From Longimicrobiales bacterium (GTDB taxonomy: Bacteria; Gemmatimonadota; Gemmatimonadetes; Longimicrobiales; Gaopeijiaceae): a stretch of 64,000 bases of DNA. The first letter of the stretch is position 1; the number at the start of each line of letters is the position of its first letter. Both the position numbers and the translations under genes were made by a program. This document shows positions 1 to 9,587 of the stretch, piece by piece. The notes under the pieces are model-generated. The model was not told the DNA's origin. It was given only the letters and a program-made list of their open reading frames with translations, and searched no databases. The stretch is taken from NCBI GenBank assembly GCA_965226375.1, contig CBDDCX010000005.1:32001-96000 (forward strand), read 5' to 3'.

Positions 1-1355
1 CCGTTCCCCGCTCGGCCTCCATATCACTCGATGGAACCGTGGTGATGTTCACACTGCTGGTGTCCGCCCTGACCGCAGCAGTCTTCGGGGTCATCCCTGC
101 GCTGCGGGTAAGCCGAGGGAGTGTGGGCTCCACACTCCAAGAGGGAGGACGGGATGGACGCAGAAGCAGGCGTGCGAGCCGGATGCAGGGCCTGCTCGTG
201 GCGGCTCAGATGGCGATGGCGGTGGTCTTGCTCACCGGGTCGGGCCTCATGATCAAGACTTTTATCAGCCTGCTCAGCATCGATCCGGGATTCGGCGCCA
301 CGAACGTCCTGACCATGAGGGTCACCGCCTCCAGCGGGGGGTATCCGGACGGCGAAGCCGTCGCCGGCTTCTACGAGGAGCTGCTCAGGCGCGTCCGTGA
401 CGTGCCGGGTGTGAAGGGTGCCGGCGCGGCAAGGTTGCTACCCCTGGCCAGTCAGATGGGAGACTCCGGCTTCAGGCCCGCCTGGTATCAGCCCGAGCCG
501 AACGAATCCACACAGGCGGATTGGCAATACGCGACCTCCGGCTACATAGAGACGATGGGCATCCCGCTAGTGGAGGGTCGCACCTTCGACGAGCGAGACG
601 TTCGCGACGGCCAGACAGTGGTCATGATCAACGAGCACCTCGCCCGCCGGTACTGGGGGGAGGACAGCCCTCTCGGATCGGAGGTCCTCGCTTTCGGCGC
701 CGACACGGCCGTGGTCGTGGGCGTGGTCGGAGACGTGAGCCACAACGGAATCACGATGGAAGTGAAGGACCGGTACTATCTGGCTCACGCCCAGGTGCTC
801 AGGACCGGCAACATGAGGGCCATGACGCTAACGGTCTCCGCTCAGGGGGACCCCAACCGCCTCATCGAACCCATCCGCCGAGAGATTCGCTCTCTGGACC
901 CGTCCATGCCCATCTCCGACATCCGGACCGTAGACGATGTGCTTGCTGCGTCCGTCGCCCAACCTCGGTTTACCATGGTCCTTCTCGGGGCCTTCTCGAT
1001 CCTGGCGCTGACCCTCGCCCTGGTGGGTATCTATGGTGTGTTGGCCTATATGGTGAGCCAGCGCATCCGGGAGATCGGCATCCGGCTGGCTCTGGGGGCC
1101 GAGGCCGGTCAGGTGATCGGGTTGGTAGTACGCCAGGGAGTGCTCATGGCGATAGCCGGTGTGGTGGTCGGGACCGGAGCGGCCTGGTTCATGACGGACC
1201 TGATGCAGGGGCTGTTGTACGGGGTGACAGCTCAGGACGCTACAACGTTCGTTTCCGTTCCGGCCCTCTTTACCGCCGTGGCCCTGTTGGCCTGTTGGAT
1301 ACCCGCGGCCCGAGCGGCCAGGGTGAGGCCCGCGAGCGCCCTGCGCTACGAGTAG
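1..1355 (+). CDS. ADOP/MacB-FtsX family duplicated ABC permease, 5'-truncated by window edge
   Basis: Frame is open from position 3. Motifs LVAAQMAMAVVLLTGSGL, DPGF, GIYGVLAYMVSQRIREIGIRLALGA and C-terminal PAARAARVRPASALRYE are typical of this family. Confidence 0.9.
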   Translation, partial: VPRSASISLDGTVVMFTLLVSALTAAVFGVIPALRVSRGSVGSTLQEGGRDGRRSRRASRMQGLLVAAQMAMAVVLLTGSGLMIKTFISLLSIDPGFGATNVLTMRVTASSGGYPDGEAVAGFYEELLRRVRDVPGVKGAGAARLLPLASQMGDSGFRPAWYQPEPNESTQADWQYATSGYIETMGIPLVEGRTFDERDVRDGQTVVMINEHLARRYWGEDSPLGSEVLAFGADTAVVVGVVGDVSHNGITMEVKDRYYLAHAQVLRTGNMRAMTLTVSAQGDPNRLIEPIRREIRSLDPSMPISDIRTVDDVLAASVAQPRFTMVLLGAFSILALTLALVGIYGVLAYMVSQRIREIGIRLALGAEAGQVIGLVVRQGVLMAIAGVVVGTGAAWFMTDLMQGLLYGVTAQDATTFVSVPALFTAVALLACWIPAARAARVRPASALRYE

Positions 1356-2437
1356 GCTTCCCCGCGGCGCATCCGATCCCGGATTTCGGTGATGCGCCGC
1401 CGGGCGTTGCCCACGGCTTGCTGAAGTCGGGCGGGCTGCGGGTTGAGCGCCTCGCCCAGCTCTATGAACGCCTCGAAGGCCTGAATCGTGAGGCTGCCCT
1501 GTTGCACTCGCTGTAGGGCGCTCTCGGCCCGCTCGAAGTCGCGCTGACTGCAGACGGACCTTTGGTAGGCCACGAGGGCCAGAACGACCGGCCGGTCCTG
1601 GCCCGGGATCGACGTCGCCATGTCGTCGATCCGTCCGAGCGACCGGCGGCCGTCGTCGGTTCGTCCGACTTCGCACTGAGCCTGGCCGAGCGTCAGATAC
1701 GCGTTGAAGCCGGGTGAATCGAACGACACCGCCTCTTCGAGTGCATTGAGCGCGCCCGCCCACTCACCCAGGTTGATGTGGCTTACACCAAGACGCACGA
1801 GGGCCTGCTGATAGGCGCGGGCGTACACGCCCGTCCGCCTCGGGGGCTCCACCATGCGGAGATACGCCCTCGTGGCGGCAACCCAGTCTCCGGCCTGGAC
1901 GGCCTCATTACCCGTCCGAAGGGCCGCGCGGTCGATGCCTGCGTCGGGGTCGGTGGGCCGGGACGGCTGCGCATCCGCCGGGGGCCGTGTGTCCGCCCGA
2001 CCTCCGCCGGCCGAGGGTCTGGTCCCGACGCCTGATGCGATTCGTTCCAGGCGCCGCGTCATCCGCACGGTATAGGGCCCCGCCGATGCCCCCCGTGGCA
2101 CGGTGAGCACCGTGTCCAGCCGGTGATAGGACTCGGCCTCCAGCCGAAGCTCCACCACGAGGTTGTCCTCAGAGACGGCGTGAGCGATACGGTAGGGCTC
2201 GGATGCCGATATCTGCTCCACCGCCGAGGCGTCCAGGGTGATGGGCGCCCGCACCAGGTACCTCACGGTCAGCTGCTCGTCGGTGAGGGCACCTCCCGTG
2301 CCGGCATCCACCGCCTGAACGATGACTTCACTCTGCTCGGGGTCCCTCGCCGGGGGGTCGCCGGCCGGCTCCGCTTCACCGGAGCACCCCCCCAGGAGGA
2401 CAGTGGAGGCCAGGATCCAAACGTCGCGGGGTCGCAT
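1346..2437 (-). CDS. Predicted lipoprotein with C-terminal TPR repeats
   Basis: ATG at 2437 gives MRPRDVWILASTVLLGGC (lipobox-like). TPR-like helices ALVRLGVSHINLGEWAGALNALEEAV and AYLTLGQAQCEVGRTDDG. Confidence 0.65.
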   Translation of the reverse strand: MRPRDVWILASTVLLGGCSGEAEPAGDPPARDPEQSEVIVQAVDAGTGGALTDEQLTVRYLVRAPITLDASAVEQISASEPYRIAHAVSEDNLVVELRLEAESYHRLDTVLTVPRGASAGPYTVRMTRRLERIASGVGTRPSAGGGRADTRPPADAQPSRPTDPDAGIDRAALRTGNEAVQAGDWVAATRAYLRMVEPPRRTGVYARAYQQALVRLGVSHINLGEWAGALNALEEAVSFDSPGFNAYLTLGQAQCEVGRTDDGRRSLGRIDDMATSIPGQDRPVVLALVAYQRSVCSQRDFERAESALQRVQQGSLTIQAFEAFIELGEALNPQPARLQQAVGNARRRITEIRDRMRRGEAYS

Positions 2438-2552
2438 ACGATGTAAAGGAAGACCGAGGCCCTGGAGTGGCAAGCCCCGATTCTTGTTGACCCGACTTCG
2501 TAACGCCCGGTAAGTTCGTGCCTCCACCTTCGGCCATGAGGTAATTCAGTCA

Positions 2553-2973
2553 GTGTCCAAGTGCACGCTGCTCCTGGGCCGCAAGACGATGCAGGTTTAC
2601 GACCTGGATCAGCCGGCCATTCGCATCGGGCGTGAGGAGGATATGGACATCCTCATCGACAACCCGTCCGTGTCCCGGAGACAGGCCGAGATCCGCCGCA
2701 TGGGAGTCGGGTGGTCAGCGCGGCACGCACTTTCTATCGGAGTCTCCGGCTGCGCTCATCGGCACGGACGCCCTCTGTGACGTGAGGGTGCCCAAAGCGC
2801 CCAAGCACCACGTCCTGGTCATCAATTCGGATGACGGCTGTGAGGTCAGGAACCTGCATAACTGGACCAAGATGAAGGTGCACGGGTCCGCTAAGAATCC
2901 GGCGAGTCTGAAAGACGGAGACGTGGTAGTGGTGGGAGGGCTCAAGCTCACATTCGTGGCGGACATCGCCTGA
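2553..2973 (+). pseudogene. Double-FHA-domain protein disrupted by internal deletion/frameshift near 2710
   Basis: Frame 2553 encodes an FHA start (IRIGREEDMDILIDNPSVSRRQAEI) that loses similarity after ..GVGW. Frame 2632 encodes a degenerate FHA end (LIGTDALCDVRV..HHVLV..LKDGDVVVVGGLKLTF). Confidence 0.65.
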
Positions 2974-2979
2974 CGAACT

Positions 2980-3014
2980 CGAATGGCAGCATGACTGCTG
3001 CTATACCACACTAG
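2980..3014 (-). repeat. Isolated end fragment of the MITE found at 13879-14091
   Basis: Reverse complement ctagtgtggtatagcagcagtcatgctgccattcg matches 13879-13913 at 33/35 nt. Confidence 0.85.
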
Positions 3015-3035
3015 AAGTGCTTCGGGCCGACCGCG

Positions 3036-3974
3036 CTATCCCCTCAGGACCAGGACCGCGATCACGGCGATCACGATGATGGCTGCCACGCCGAGGATCA
3101 ATCCCACGGGTGGTCGGGTTGGCACCCGCATCTCGTCCAGCTCCCCGAGCTGAGTGCTGGACTCACTTGACGAGGCTGCCGCGCCCGCCGCCGTCTCTGG
3201 CTCTTCTACCTCGGTGGGTGCTTCGAACTCGATCGGCATGGTGCCTACCGGTCGAGTCCTCGGGACTTCGCCGAACTCGGCGATGGCCACCGTGATGTTG
3301 TCGTCACTTCCCCTCTCGTAGGCGGTCGACACCAACGCCTGGGCTGCGCCACGCGGACCACCCGATTCGAGGAACAGGTCCCCGAGGTCGGCATCTGCGA
3401 GCGTCTTATAAAGTCCGTCTGAACAGAGGAGGATCGCCGTATCGCCTTCTACCGGGAACGGTCCGAAGACGTCGACTTCGACCTCCTCATCCGTTCCGAT
3501 CGATCGGGTCAGCGCGTCCTTCCACTGTGACGCCTGCGCCTCTTGTTCAGATTGTCCTCGCTTCATCGCCTCGGCCACGAAGGAGTGGTCCTCTGTGATG
3601 CGGCGTGTCTCCGACCCCGAAATCAGGTAGCACCGGCTGTCGCCCACGTTTGCGACTGCGTAGCCGTCCGCGTCCAGGAGCATGGCCACCATCGTGGTGC
3701 CCATGCCCTGCTTTCCGGGCTCCCTCGCCTTGTCGTTGACGCGGCGGTTGGCGAGACGGAAGGCTTCGTCGAGAGACTGGCCTTCTTCCAGAGCCTCCGC
3801 CAGCGTTTCCAGTGCGAGAGCACTGGCGACCTCCCCTGCCGCATGCCCGCCCATTCCATCGGCGACGGCAACTAGAAGGCGCCCATCCGACAGGGTCCGT
3901 GTAAGGACCGCATCTTCCTGATACGGCCGCAGGCCCGCAATGGACTCGGTGGCAAGCCGGGGTTGCTCCATCAC
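3036..3974 (-). CDS. PP2C/PPM-family Ser/Thr protein phosphatase (Stp1/PrpC-like) with C-terminal TM anchor
   Basis: Motifs RPYQED, VADGMGGHAAGEVAS, MGTT, NVGDSRCY, DHS, LTRSIG, LCSDGL, GSDDNIT; hydrophobic C-terminus. Confidence 0.93.
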   Translation of the reverse strand: MMEQPRLATESIAGLRPYQEDAVLTRTLSDGRLLVAVADGMGGHAAGEVASALALETLAEALEEGQSLDEAFRLANRRVNDKAREPGKQGMGTTMVAMLLDADGYAVANVGDSRCYLISGSETRRITEDHSFVAEAMKRGQSEQEAQASQWKDALTRSIGTDEEVEVDVFGPFPVEGDTAILLCSDGLYKTLADADLGDLFLESGGPRGAAQALVSTAYERGSDDNITVAIAEFGEVPRTRPVGTMPIEFEAPTEVEEPETAAGAAASSSESSTQLGELDEMRVPTRPPVGLILGVAAIIVIAVIAVLVLRG

Positions 3975-4199
3975 TCCACTCGTCGGCCGTGGGGGTCATG
4001 TCGGTGTGGGGGACTCAGGTACAGATAGGCTGCGAGATGCCGTGGAGCAAGCAAACCGCGACCGTTCGTGCCGTGTGACTGGAGCCTCCGCGAGGCCGGG
4101 ACCGTGCGCCGTGAACGGCCTCCCACTGGACTCTTCCTAGTCAGAATCGCTCCCCTTTGGTATCCTTGTATCCCTGTGTGCCCCACCGATTAGGGCAGG

Positions 4200-4231
4200 G
4201 CCCCGACGTCGGGGCTCCTCATCGCTATAAT
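4200..4231 (+). promoter_or_regulatory. Putative sigma70 promoter of the lipid cluster with a palindromic operator-like site
   Basis: Perfect TATAAT at 4226-4231 in GC-rich DNA, about 40 nt before the start. Perfect 16-bp palindrome gccccgacgtcggggc at 4200-4215 covers the -35 position. Confidence 0.45.
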
Positions 4232-4272
4232 GCCCGGGACCTCTCCCTGACGGACGCTGAGAAACGAACTGC

Positions 4273-5229
4273 GTGAGTATGTCTCATACACCCTTCGGTG
4301 CCGACGAATGGGCACTGATTTTGGGCGGATCGAGCGGCTTCGGGCTCGCCACCGCTCATAAGCTGGCGGAGCACGGACTCAACCTCTGTGTCGTACATCG
4401 TGATCGGCGCGGGGCGATGCGTCGTATCGAACCGGAGTTCGAAGCGATTCGGGAACGGGGCGTCACTCTACTGTCGTTCAATCAGGATGCGCTCGACTCG
4501 GATGTGCGTGCTGGGATTCTCGACGCGCTGGGCGAGGCCCTCGGCGGGGACGGTAAGATCCGAGTCGTGCTCCACTCCATCGCGTTCGGCAACCTCAAAC
4601 TGATCGGGCCGGAGGCGCCAACCTCGAACGAGGCTCGCGAGCGGCTCGCCCAGGCCCTCGGTGTGGAGGAGTCAGCCCTGGAGGCCGCTGCCGACCGCCT
4701 CTTCGAAGAGGGCGTAGACGGTGTTCAGGGGTTGACCACGCCTCCCGAATACGCCGCCGACTCGTTCCTGGAGGAGGAGGACATGGCCCGCACCGTCCAT
4801 TCGATGGGCACCAGCCTCCTCGGGTGGACGCAGGAGCTGCTGACACGAGGCATGTTCGCGGCCGATGCTCGTGTGCTCGGCCTCACCAGTGAGGGTAATG
4901 CGGTCGCCTGGAAGGGGTACGCCGCAGTGGCAGCGGCCAAGGTGGCGCTCGAATCCGTCTCACGCTCCATCGCCGTGGAGATGGCGCCCTTTGGAATCCG
5001 TTCGAACATCGTCCAGGCGGGGGTCACCGATACGCCTGCGTTGCGCCTGATCCCTGGCAGCGCCCACCTGAAGGCGCAGGCACGCACGCGAAATCCTTTC
5101 GGACGACTCACCCGTCCCGAGGACGTGGCCAACGTCATCTATCTCTTGTCTTTACCCGAGTCCGCTTGGATCAACGGAGAAGTCGTCCGAGTGGACGGAG
5201 GAGAGCGTATCTCCGGGGCCTCTCGATGA
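4273..5229 (+). CDS. SDR-family enoyl-ACP reductase (FabI/FabL-like)
   Basis: LILGGSSGFG Rossmann motif, HSIAFG, Y-x6-K (YAAVAAAK), NPFGRLTRPEDVA, WINGEVVRVDGG. Confidence 0.85.
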   Translation: MSMSHTPFGADEWALILGGSSGFGLATAHKLAEHGLNLCVVHRDRRGAMRRIEPEFEAIRERGVTLLSFNQDALDSDVRAGILDALGEALGGDGKIRVVLHSIAFGNLKLIGPEAPTSNEARERLAQALGVEESALEAAADRLFEEGVDGVQGLTTPPEYAADSFLEEEDMARTVHSMGTSLLGWTQELLTRGMFAADARVLGLTSEGNAVAWKGYAAVAAAKVALESVSRSIAVEMAPFGIRSNIVQAGVTDTPALRLIPGSAHLKAQARTRNPFGRLTRPEDVANVIYLLSLPESAWINGEVVRVDGGERISGASR

Positions 5230-6221
5230 GCCTGTACCTCCACGGGCTGGGGCACTTCCATCCCGAGAGTGAAATCACCAACCAGTTCCTCACGGATCTC
5301 GATATCGGTACGAACGACCAGTGGATCATGGAGCGGGTGGGAATCCGTGCCCGCCGTACGGTACTTTCCCTCGACTACATCCGGGAGACGCGCAACGCGG
5401 ACCCCGGTGGGGCTGTGGAGGCCGCCCTCTACACTCACGCCGAGACCGGTAGCCGAGCGGCTGCGATGGCTCTCGAGCGCGCGGGGATCACCAAGGACGA
5501 CATCGGCATGGTGATCGCCGGCTCGAGCAAGCCGGAGTGGTCTTCCCCTGCCGATGCTTGCATGATCGCCCAAGCCATGGGCCTGGAGGTGCCGGCCTTC
5601 GATATGAACTCCGCGTGCACGAGCATGTGGGTCGCGCTGTACGCTTTGTCCATGATGCGCCCCGAAGCGTTGCCCGATTACGTCCTGCTGGTGACGCCCG
5701 AGAGCCTCACCACGGCTGTGGATTACTCCGATCGCTCCGCGTCGGTGCTGTGGGGAGACTGCACGACGGCCGCCGTGGTCTCGACCAAGGTCTCCTCCCA
5801 TATGCAGATTCTGGGTAACACGCTGGCGTCGAGTCCGGCGGGGAGCGACAAGGTGGTCGTCCCCCTCTTTGGCCACTTCAGCCAAGAGGGGCGTACCGTG
5901 CAGATGTTCGCGATCAAGAAGACCGTGCGATTGCTCCGGCAGATCCAGAAGGAGTTTCCCCCGCCGGGTCGCTCCCTCCACTTCATCGGGCATCAAGCCA
6001 ACCTCAGGATGCTCGAAACAGTGTGTCAGCACTGCGACATCCAGGATGACCTGCACCATTCGAATGTCGTGGACTTCGGGAATACGGGAGCTGCGGGCGC
6101 TCCGTCGGTTGTGTCCATGAATTGGGATCGATGGGCCGATGGCGATGACGTGGCGATCATCGGAGTCGGCTCAGGACTATCGTGGTCGAGCTACGTACTC
6201 CGCTTTGGGGAGATACCGTGA
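5226..6221 (+). CDS. 3-oxoacyl-ACP synthase III (FabH-like)
   Basis: C-H-N triad (NSACT, GHQANLRM, GNTGAAG), WIMERVGIRARR, GSGLSW; ATGA overlap with the upstream gene. Confidence 0.88.
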   Translation: MSLYLHGLGHFHPESEITNQFLTDLDIGTNDQWIMERVGIRARRTVLSLDYIRETRNADPGGAVEAALYTHAETGSRAAAMALERAGITKDDIGMVIAGSSKPEWSSPADACMIAQAMGLEVPAFDMNSACTSMWVALYALSMMRPEALPDYVLLVTPESLTTAVDYSDRSASVLWGDCTTAAVVSTKVSSHMQILGNTLASSPAGSDKVVVPLFGHFSQEGRTVQMFAIKKTVRLLRQIQKEFPPPGRSLHFIGHQANLRMLETVCQHCDIQDDLHHSNVVDFGNTGAAGAPSVVSMNWDRWADGDDVAIIGVGSGLSWSSYVLRFGEIP

Positions 6222-6808
6222 AGTACGATGACTACCGCGAGCGATCGCAGTTCTCGGCAGCAGAGCTGTTGGCATTCTCCCACGGACGGCTTATCGAAGA
6301 CCCACCGTCCGAGTTCAAGGTACGCCTTCCGGTCCCGCCCATGTTGATGGTCGATCGTATCGAGCATATCTCGAGGAAGGGAGCCCGGGGCCGCATCGTG
6401 GCCGAGCGCGACGTGCGGGTCGACGACTGGTTCTTCCAATGTCACTTCCTCGGCGATCCGGTTCAGCCTGGATGTCTCGGCGTGGATGCGGTGTGGCAGC
6501 TCATCGGGTTCTACTGTGGATGGAGCGGTGCTTTGGGCACCGGGCGGGCTCTGGGTTGTTCCGAGGTGGAGTTCTCTGGGCAGATCCGACCCCACGACAA
6601 GGTCGTCCGATACGAAATCAAGATTGTGCGGTATCAGGATCTACCGGCGTCGGGGTCTGCTGTGGCCATCGGGGATGCCAAGGTGCTCGTTGACGGCGAC
6701 GCCATCTACGAGATCAAGAGGGCCAAGGTGGGGGTCTTTCGCGATATCGACTATGCCGATTACCCCTTTCCCTCGGAGCGGTCTCGCGGCGGAAAGATGG
6801 GAGAGTGA
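6218..6808 (+). CDS. fabA: FabA-type 3-hydroxyacyl-ACP dehydratase/isomerase
   Basis: LPVPPMLMVDRI, WFFQCHFLGDPVQPGCLGVDAVWQLIGF (His/Asp dyad of FabA), GRALGCSEVEFSGQI. Confidence 0.85.
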   Translation: MKYDDYRERSQFSAAELLAFSHGRLIEDPPSEFKVRLPVPPMLMVDRIEHISRKGARGRIVAERDVRVDDWFFQCHFLGDPVQPGCLGVDAVWQLIGFYCGWSGALGTGRALGCSEVEFSGQIRPHDKVVRYEIKIVRYQDLPASGSAVAIGDAKVLVDGDAIYEIKRAKVGVFRDIDYADYPFPSERSRGGKMGE

Positions 6809-7281
6809 GCATGTCTGGATCCGTTCGCACCGAACTCACACCGGCCGAGGTTTTGGAGTTACTCCCCCAGCAGGAGCCCTTCCGGTTCCTGGACGAAATT
6901 CTCGAGGTGTCTGAGGACCACATCCTGGCTCGCTACCGGTTCCGGCCCGACGCGGACTTCTACCGTGGGCATTTTCCTGATAACCCGGTGACTCCAGGGG
7001 TCATTCTTCTGGAAGCTTTTGCCCAGGCCGGCGTGGTGGCTCTGGGCCTCTACAACATCGCCCTCGAACTCGGAATCCAGGGCGTGAAGGATCGAGAGGC
7101 TCTGTTCTGTGACGCCAACGTCGACTTCACGGGAGTCGTGAAGCCGGGTGAACGTGTGACCATCTCGGCCAAGAGGGTTTTCTGGCGTCGTGGCAAGTTT
7201 CGCGCCGAGGGAACCATGACGCTGGACGATGGAACCGTCGTCCTGTCCGGCACCATCTCCGGCGTGGGGCGGGTCAAATGA
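6805..7281 (+). CDS. FabZ-like hot-dog dehydratase
   Basis: LPQQEPFRFLDEI, GHFPDNPVTPGVILLEAFAQ (His/Glu dyad), VKPGE. Confidence 0.85.
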   Translation: MSMSGSVRTELTPAEVLELLPQQEPFRFLDEILEVSEDHILARYRFRPDADFYRGHFPDNPVTPGVILLEAFAQAGVVALGLYNIALELGIQGVKDREALFCDANVDFTGVVKPGERVTISAKRVFWRRGKFRAEGTMTLDDGTVVLSGTISGVGRVK

Positions 7282-8555
7282 GCCGCCGAGTCGTTGTCAC
7301 GGGAATCGGTGTGGTTGCCCCGAACGGCGTCGGAATCGAGCAGTACGCCAAGGCTCTCCGGGACGGTGTTTCCGGAATCCGGCACAAACCGCTCCTGGAG
7401 GAGCTGAAGTTCGGATGCACCGTGGGGGGGATCCCTCAGGGCACCGACGAGCTAGCTGCCGAATACTTCGAGCCGGACGAGCTCCTCGCCATGAACAGCA
7501 GCCACCGGTACGGGTGTATCGCTGCGGTCGACGCTTGGACGGACGCCGGGTTCGAGCGACCCGAGCCGGGAGACGACCGGATCTATTGGGAAGCCGGCAC
7601 CGTGCTCGGTACCGGGATCGGCGGGCTGGACACCACGGGCGAGAAGCTCGTGCCGATGACTGATGCCGGCCGCGTGCGTAGGCTCGGCAGCACCATTGTG
7701 GAGCAGGTCATGGGCAGCGGTGTCTCGGCGCGTGTGGCCGGACTCCTCGCCCTCGGCAACCAGGTCACTTCGAACTCCAGCGCGTGCAGTACGGGGTTGG
7801 AGGCGATCATCGAGGGGTACCAGCGTATCGGTGAGGGGCGTGCGGAACGTATGCTGTGTGGAGGAGCCGAGGGGTCTAGCCACTATACGTGGGCCGGCTT
7901 CGACTCCATGCGTGTCCTCTGCCGCAACCACAACGACGAGCCCGAGAAAGCCTCACGTCCACTCAGTGCGTCGGCTGGCGGATTCGTTCCCGGAAGCGGC
8001 GCGGGACTACTCCACCTGGAGAGCCTGGAGAGCGCGCAGGAGCGGGGCGCGCGGATCTACGCCGAGGTTCTCGGTGGCGCCCTCAATTGCGGAGGGCATC
8101 GTAGTGGAGGTAGCATGACGGCGCCCAATCCGGCGGGAGTGCAGCGTTGTATCCGCCAGGCGGTGCAAGACGCGTCGATCGATCCGGACGAGATCGACGC
8201 GATCAACGGTCACCTGACGGCCACTGGCGCAGATCCGCGCGAGGTGGCCTCTTGGGCAAAGGCGCTCGAACGGACGCCGGACACGTTCCCGGCTATCACG
8301 TCGACCAAGTCGATGATCGGGCACGGGCTAGGAGCTGCTGGAGGTCTGGAAGCTGTAGCCTGTATCTTGATGCTGGAGGGGGGGTTCGTTCATCCCTCTT
8401 TGAACTGTGAGGATGTACACCCGGAGATCGAGCCTTTTGCGGCCTCGATCCCGCATGTAGTGCGAGAAATGCCGAAGCTGAATGCCATTATCAAAGCCGG
8501 CTTTGGCTTTGGTGATGTAAATTCTTGTGCGATCTTCCGCAGGTGGGTCGCTTAG
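7278..8555 (+). CDS. Beta-ketoacyl-ACP synthase (FabF/FabB family)
   Basis: RRVVVTGIG, SSACSTG (Cys), INGHLTAT (His), KSMIGHGLGAAG (His), FGFG. Confidence 0.92.
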   Translation: MSRRVVVTGIGVVAPNGVGIEQYAKALRDGVSGIRHKPLLEELKFGCTVGGIPQGTDELAAEYFEPDELLAMNSSHRYGCIAAVDAWTDAGFERPEPGDDRIYWEAGTVLGTGIGGLDTTGEKLVPMTDAGRVRRLGSTIVEQVMGSGVSARVAGLLALGNQVTSNSSACSTGLEAIIEGYQRIGEGRAERMLCGGAEGSSHYTWAGFDSMRVLCRNHNDEPEKASRPLSASAGGFVPGSGAGLLHLESLESAQERGARIYAEVLGGALNCGGHRSGGSMTAPNPAGVQRCIRQAVQDASIDPDEIDAINGHLTATGADPREVASWAKALERTPDTFPAITSTKSMIGHGLGAAGGLEAVACILMLEGGFVHPSLNCEDVHPEIEPFAASIPHVVREMPKLNAIIKAGFGFGDVNSCAIFRRWVA

Positions 8556-8580
8556 CACGGGATCGAAACAGGAAACGCAT

Positions 8581-8829
8581 ATGACAAGAGAAGAGATCTT
8601 CGCGAAGGTGGTCGAGATCGTGAAGCCGTACGTGAAGAACCCCGAGGCGCTGGACGCGGTGGATGAGGACACGAACATCCTCCAGGACCTCAAGGTGAAT
8701 TCCGCGCGGCTGGTCGACATCATACTGAACTTCGAAGATGAGTTCGACATCGAGGTCGAAGATGAAGACGCAGACGCCGTGAATACCGTCGGCGACGCCG
8801 TAGGGCTCATCCAGGAAAAGATCTCGTAG
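8581..8829 (+). CDS. Acyl carrier protein
   Basis: 82 aa, acidic; DLKVNSARLVDIILNFEDEFDIEVEDEDA..TVGDAV (Ppant Ser in an NS rather than DS context). Confidence 0.9.
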   Translation: MTREEIFAKVVEIVKPYVKNPEALDAVDEDTNILQDLKVNSARLVDIILNFEDEFDIEVEDEDADAVNTVGDAVGLIQEKIS

Positions 8830-8840
8830 CAGTACGAGTC

Positions 8841-9587
8841 GTGATGAAGCTTCCTCTCAGAACGCGGGCGGCGCTGACCCTCCAGCGCGAGGTCGGTCGG
8901 GTGTCGTCCGTCGTATGGATCACGACTATCGTCTTCGCGATGCGGTATCTGATGCGGTATCGCGTCAAAGACGCGGTCGAGATCCGTAAGCGTTTTCGCG
9001 CGATGATGCGTGACAACGATGGGCCCCTGCTCATCTGTGCGAACCACCTGACGATGGCCGACTCCGCTGTTGTTGCCTGGGCCCTGGGGGGGAGTTGGTG
9101 GTACGTTTTCAACTACTCCAGCTTCCCTTGGAATCTTCCTGAGTACACCAACTATGCAGCTCTTTGGCCTAGTCGACTCGGCGCCTGGATAACCAAATGT
9201 CTTCCGATCAGAAGGGGGGGCGATCGGAAGGATGTGTCGGGCGTCATCAAGCGCGTGCAACATCTGCTCACGCGGGGTGAGACCGCGTTGATCTTCCCCG
9301 AGGCGGGTCGAAGCCGGACTGGGCGTGTGCAGTTCGACTCCATCGCCCACGGGGTCGGGAGGATCATGAACTCGGTACGGGACTGCCAGGCACTCTGTGT
9401 GTACATGCGGGGCGACCGACAGACGACCTGGTCCACCGTTCCGGCTCGTGGGGACTCGTTCTACGTCGACTTCGAGTTGTTCAAGCCCGTGTCGGAGCAT
9501 TCGGGCCTCCGTCGCTCCAGGGACCTGGCTGAGCAGATCGTCGCGCACCTCTCCCGTATGGAGAAGCAGTACTTTGCTAGTCGGTAA
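8841..9587 (+). CDS. Lysophospholipid/glycerol acyltransferase (PlsC-like)
   Basis: NHLTMAD (HX4D), PIRRGG, IFPEAGRSRTG motifs; N-terminal hydrophobic helix. Confidence 0.88.
   Translation: MMKLPLRTRAALTLQREVGRVSSVVWITTIVFAMRYLMRYRVKDAVEIRKRFRAMMRDNDGPLLICANHLTMADSAVVAWALGGSWWYVFNYSSFPWNLPEYTNYAALWPSRLGAWITKCLPIRRGGDRKDVSGVIKRVQHLLTRGETALIFPEAGRSRTGRVQFDSIAHGVGRIMNSVRDCQALCVYMRGDRQTTWSTVPARGDSFYVDFELFKPVSEHSGLRRSRDLAEQIVAHLSRMEKQYFASR

Noticed and set aside
3971..4186. 71-aa ORF upstream of PP2C
   Set aside because: No motif or coding-like composition; probably promoter region or decayed sequence.
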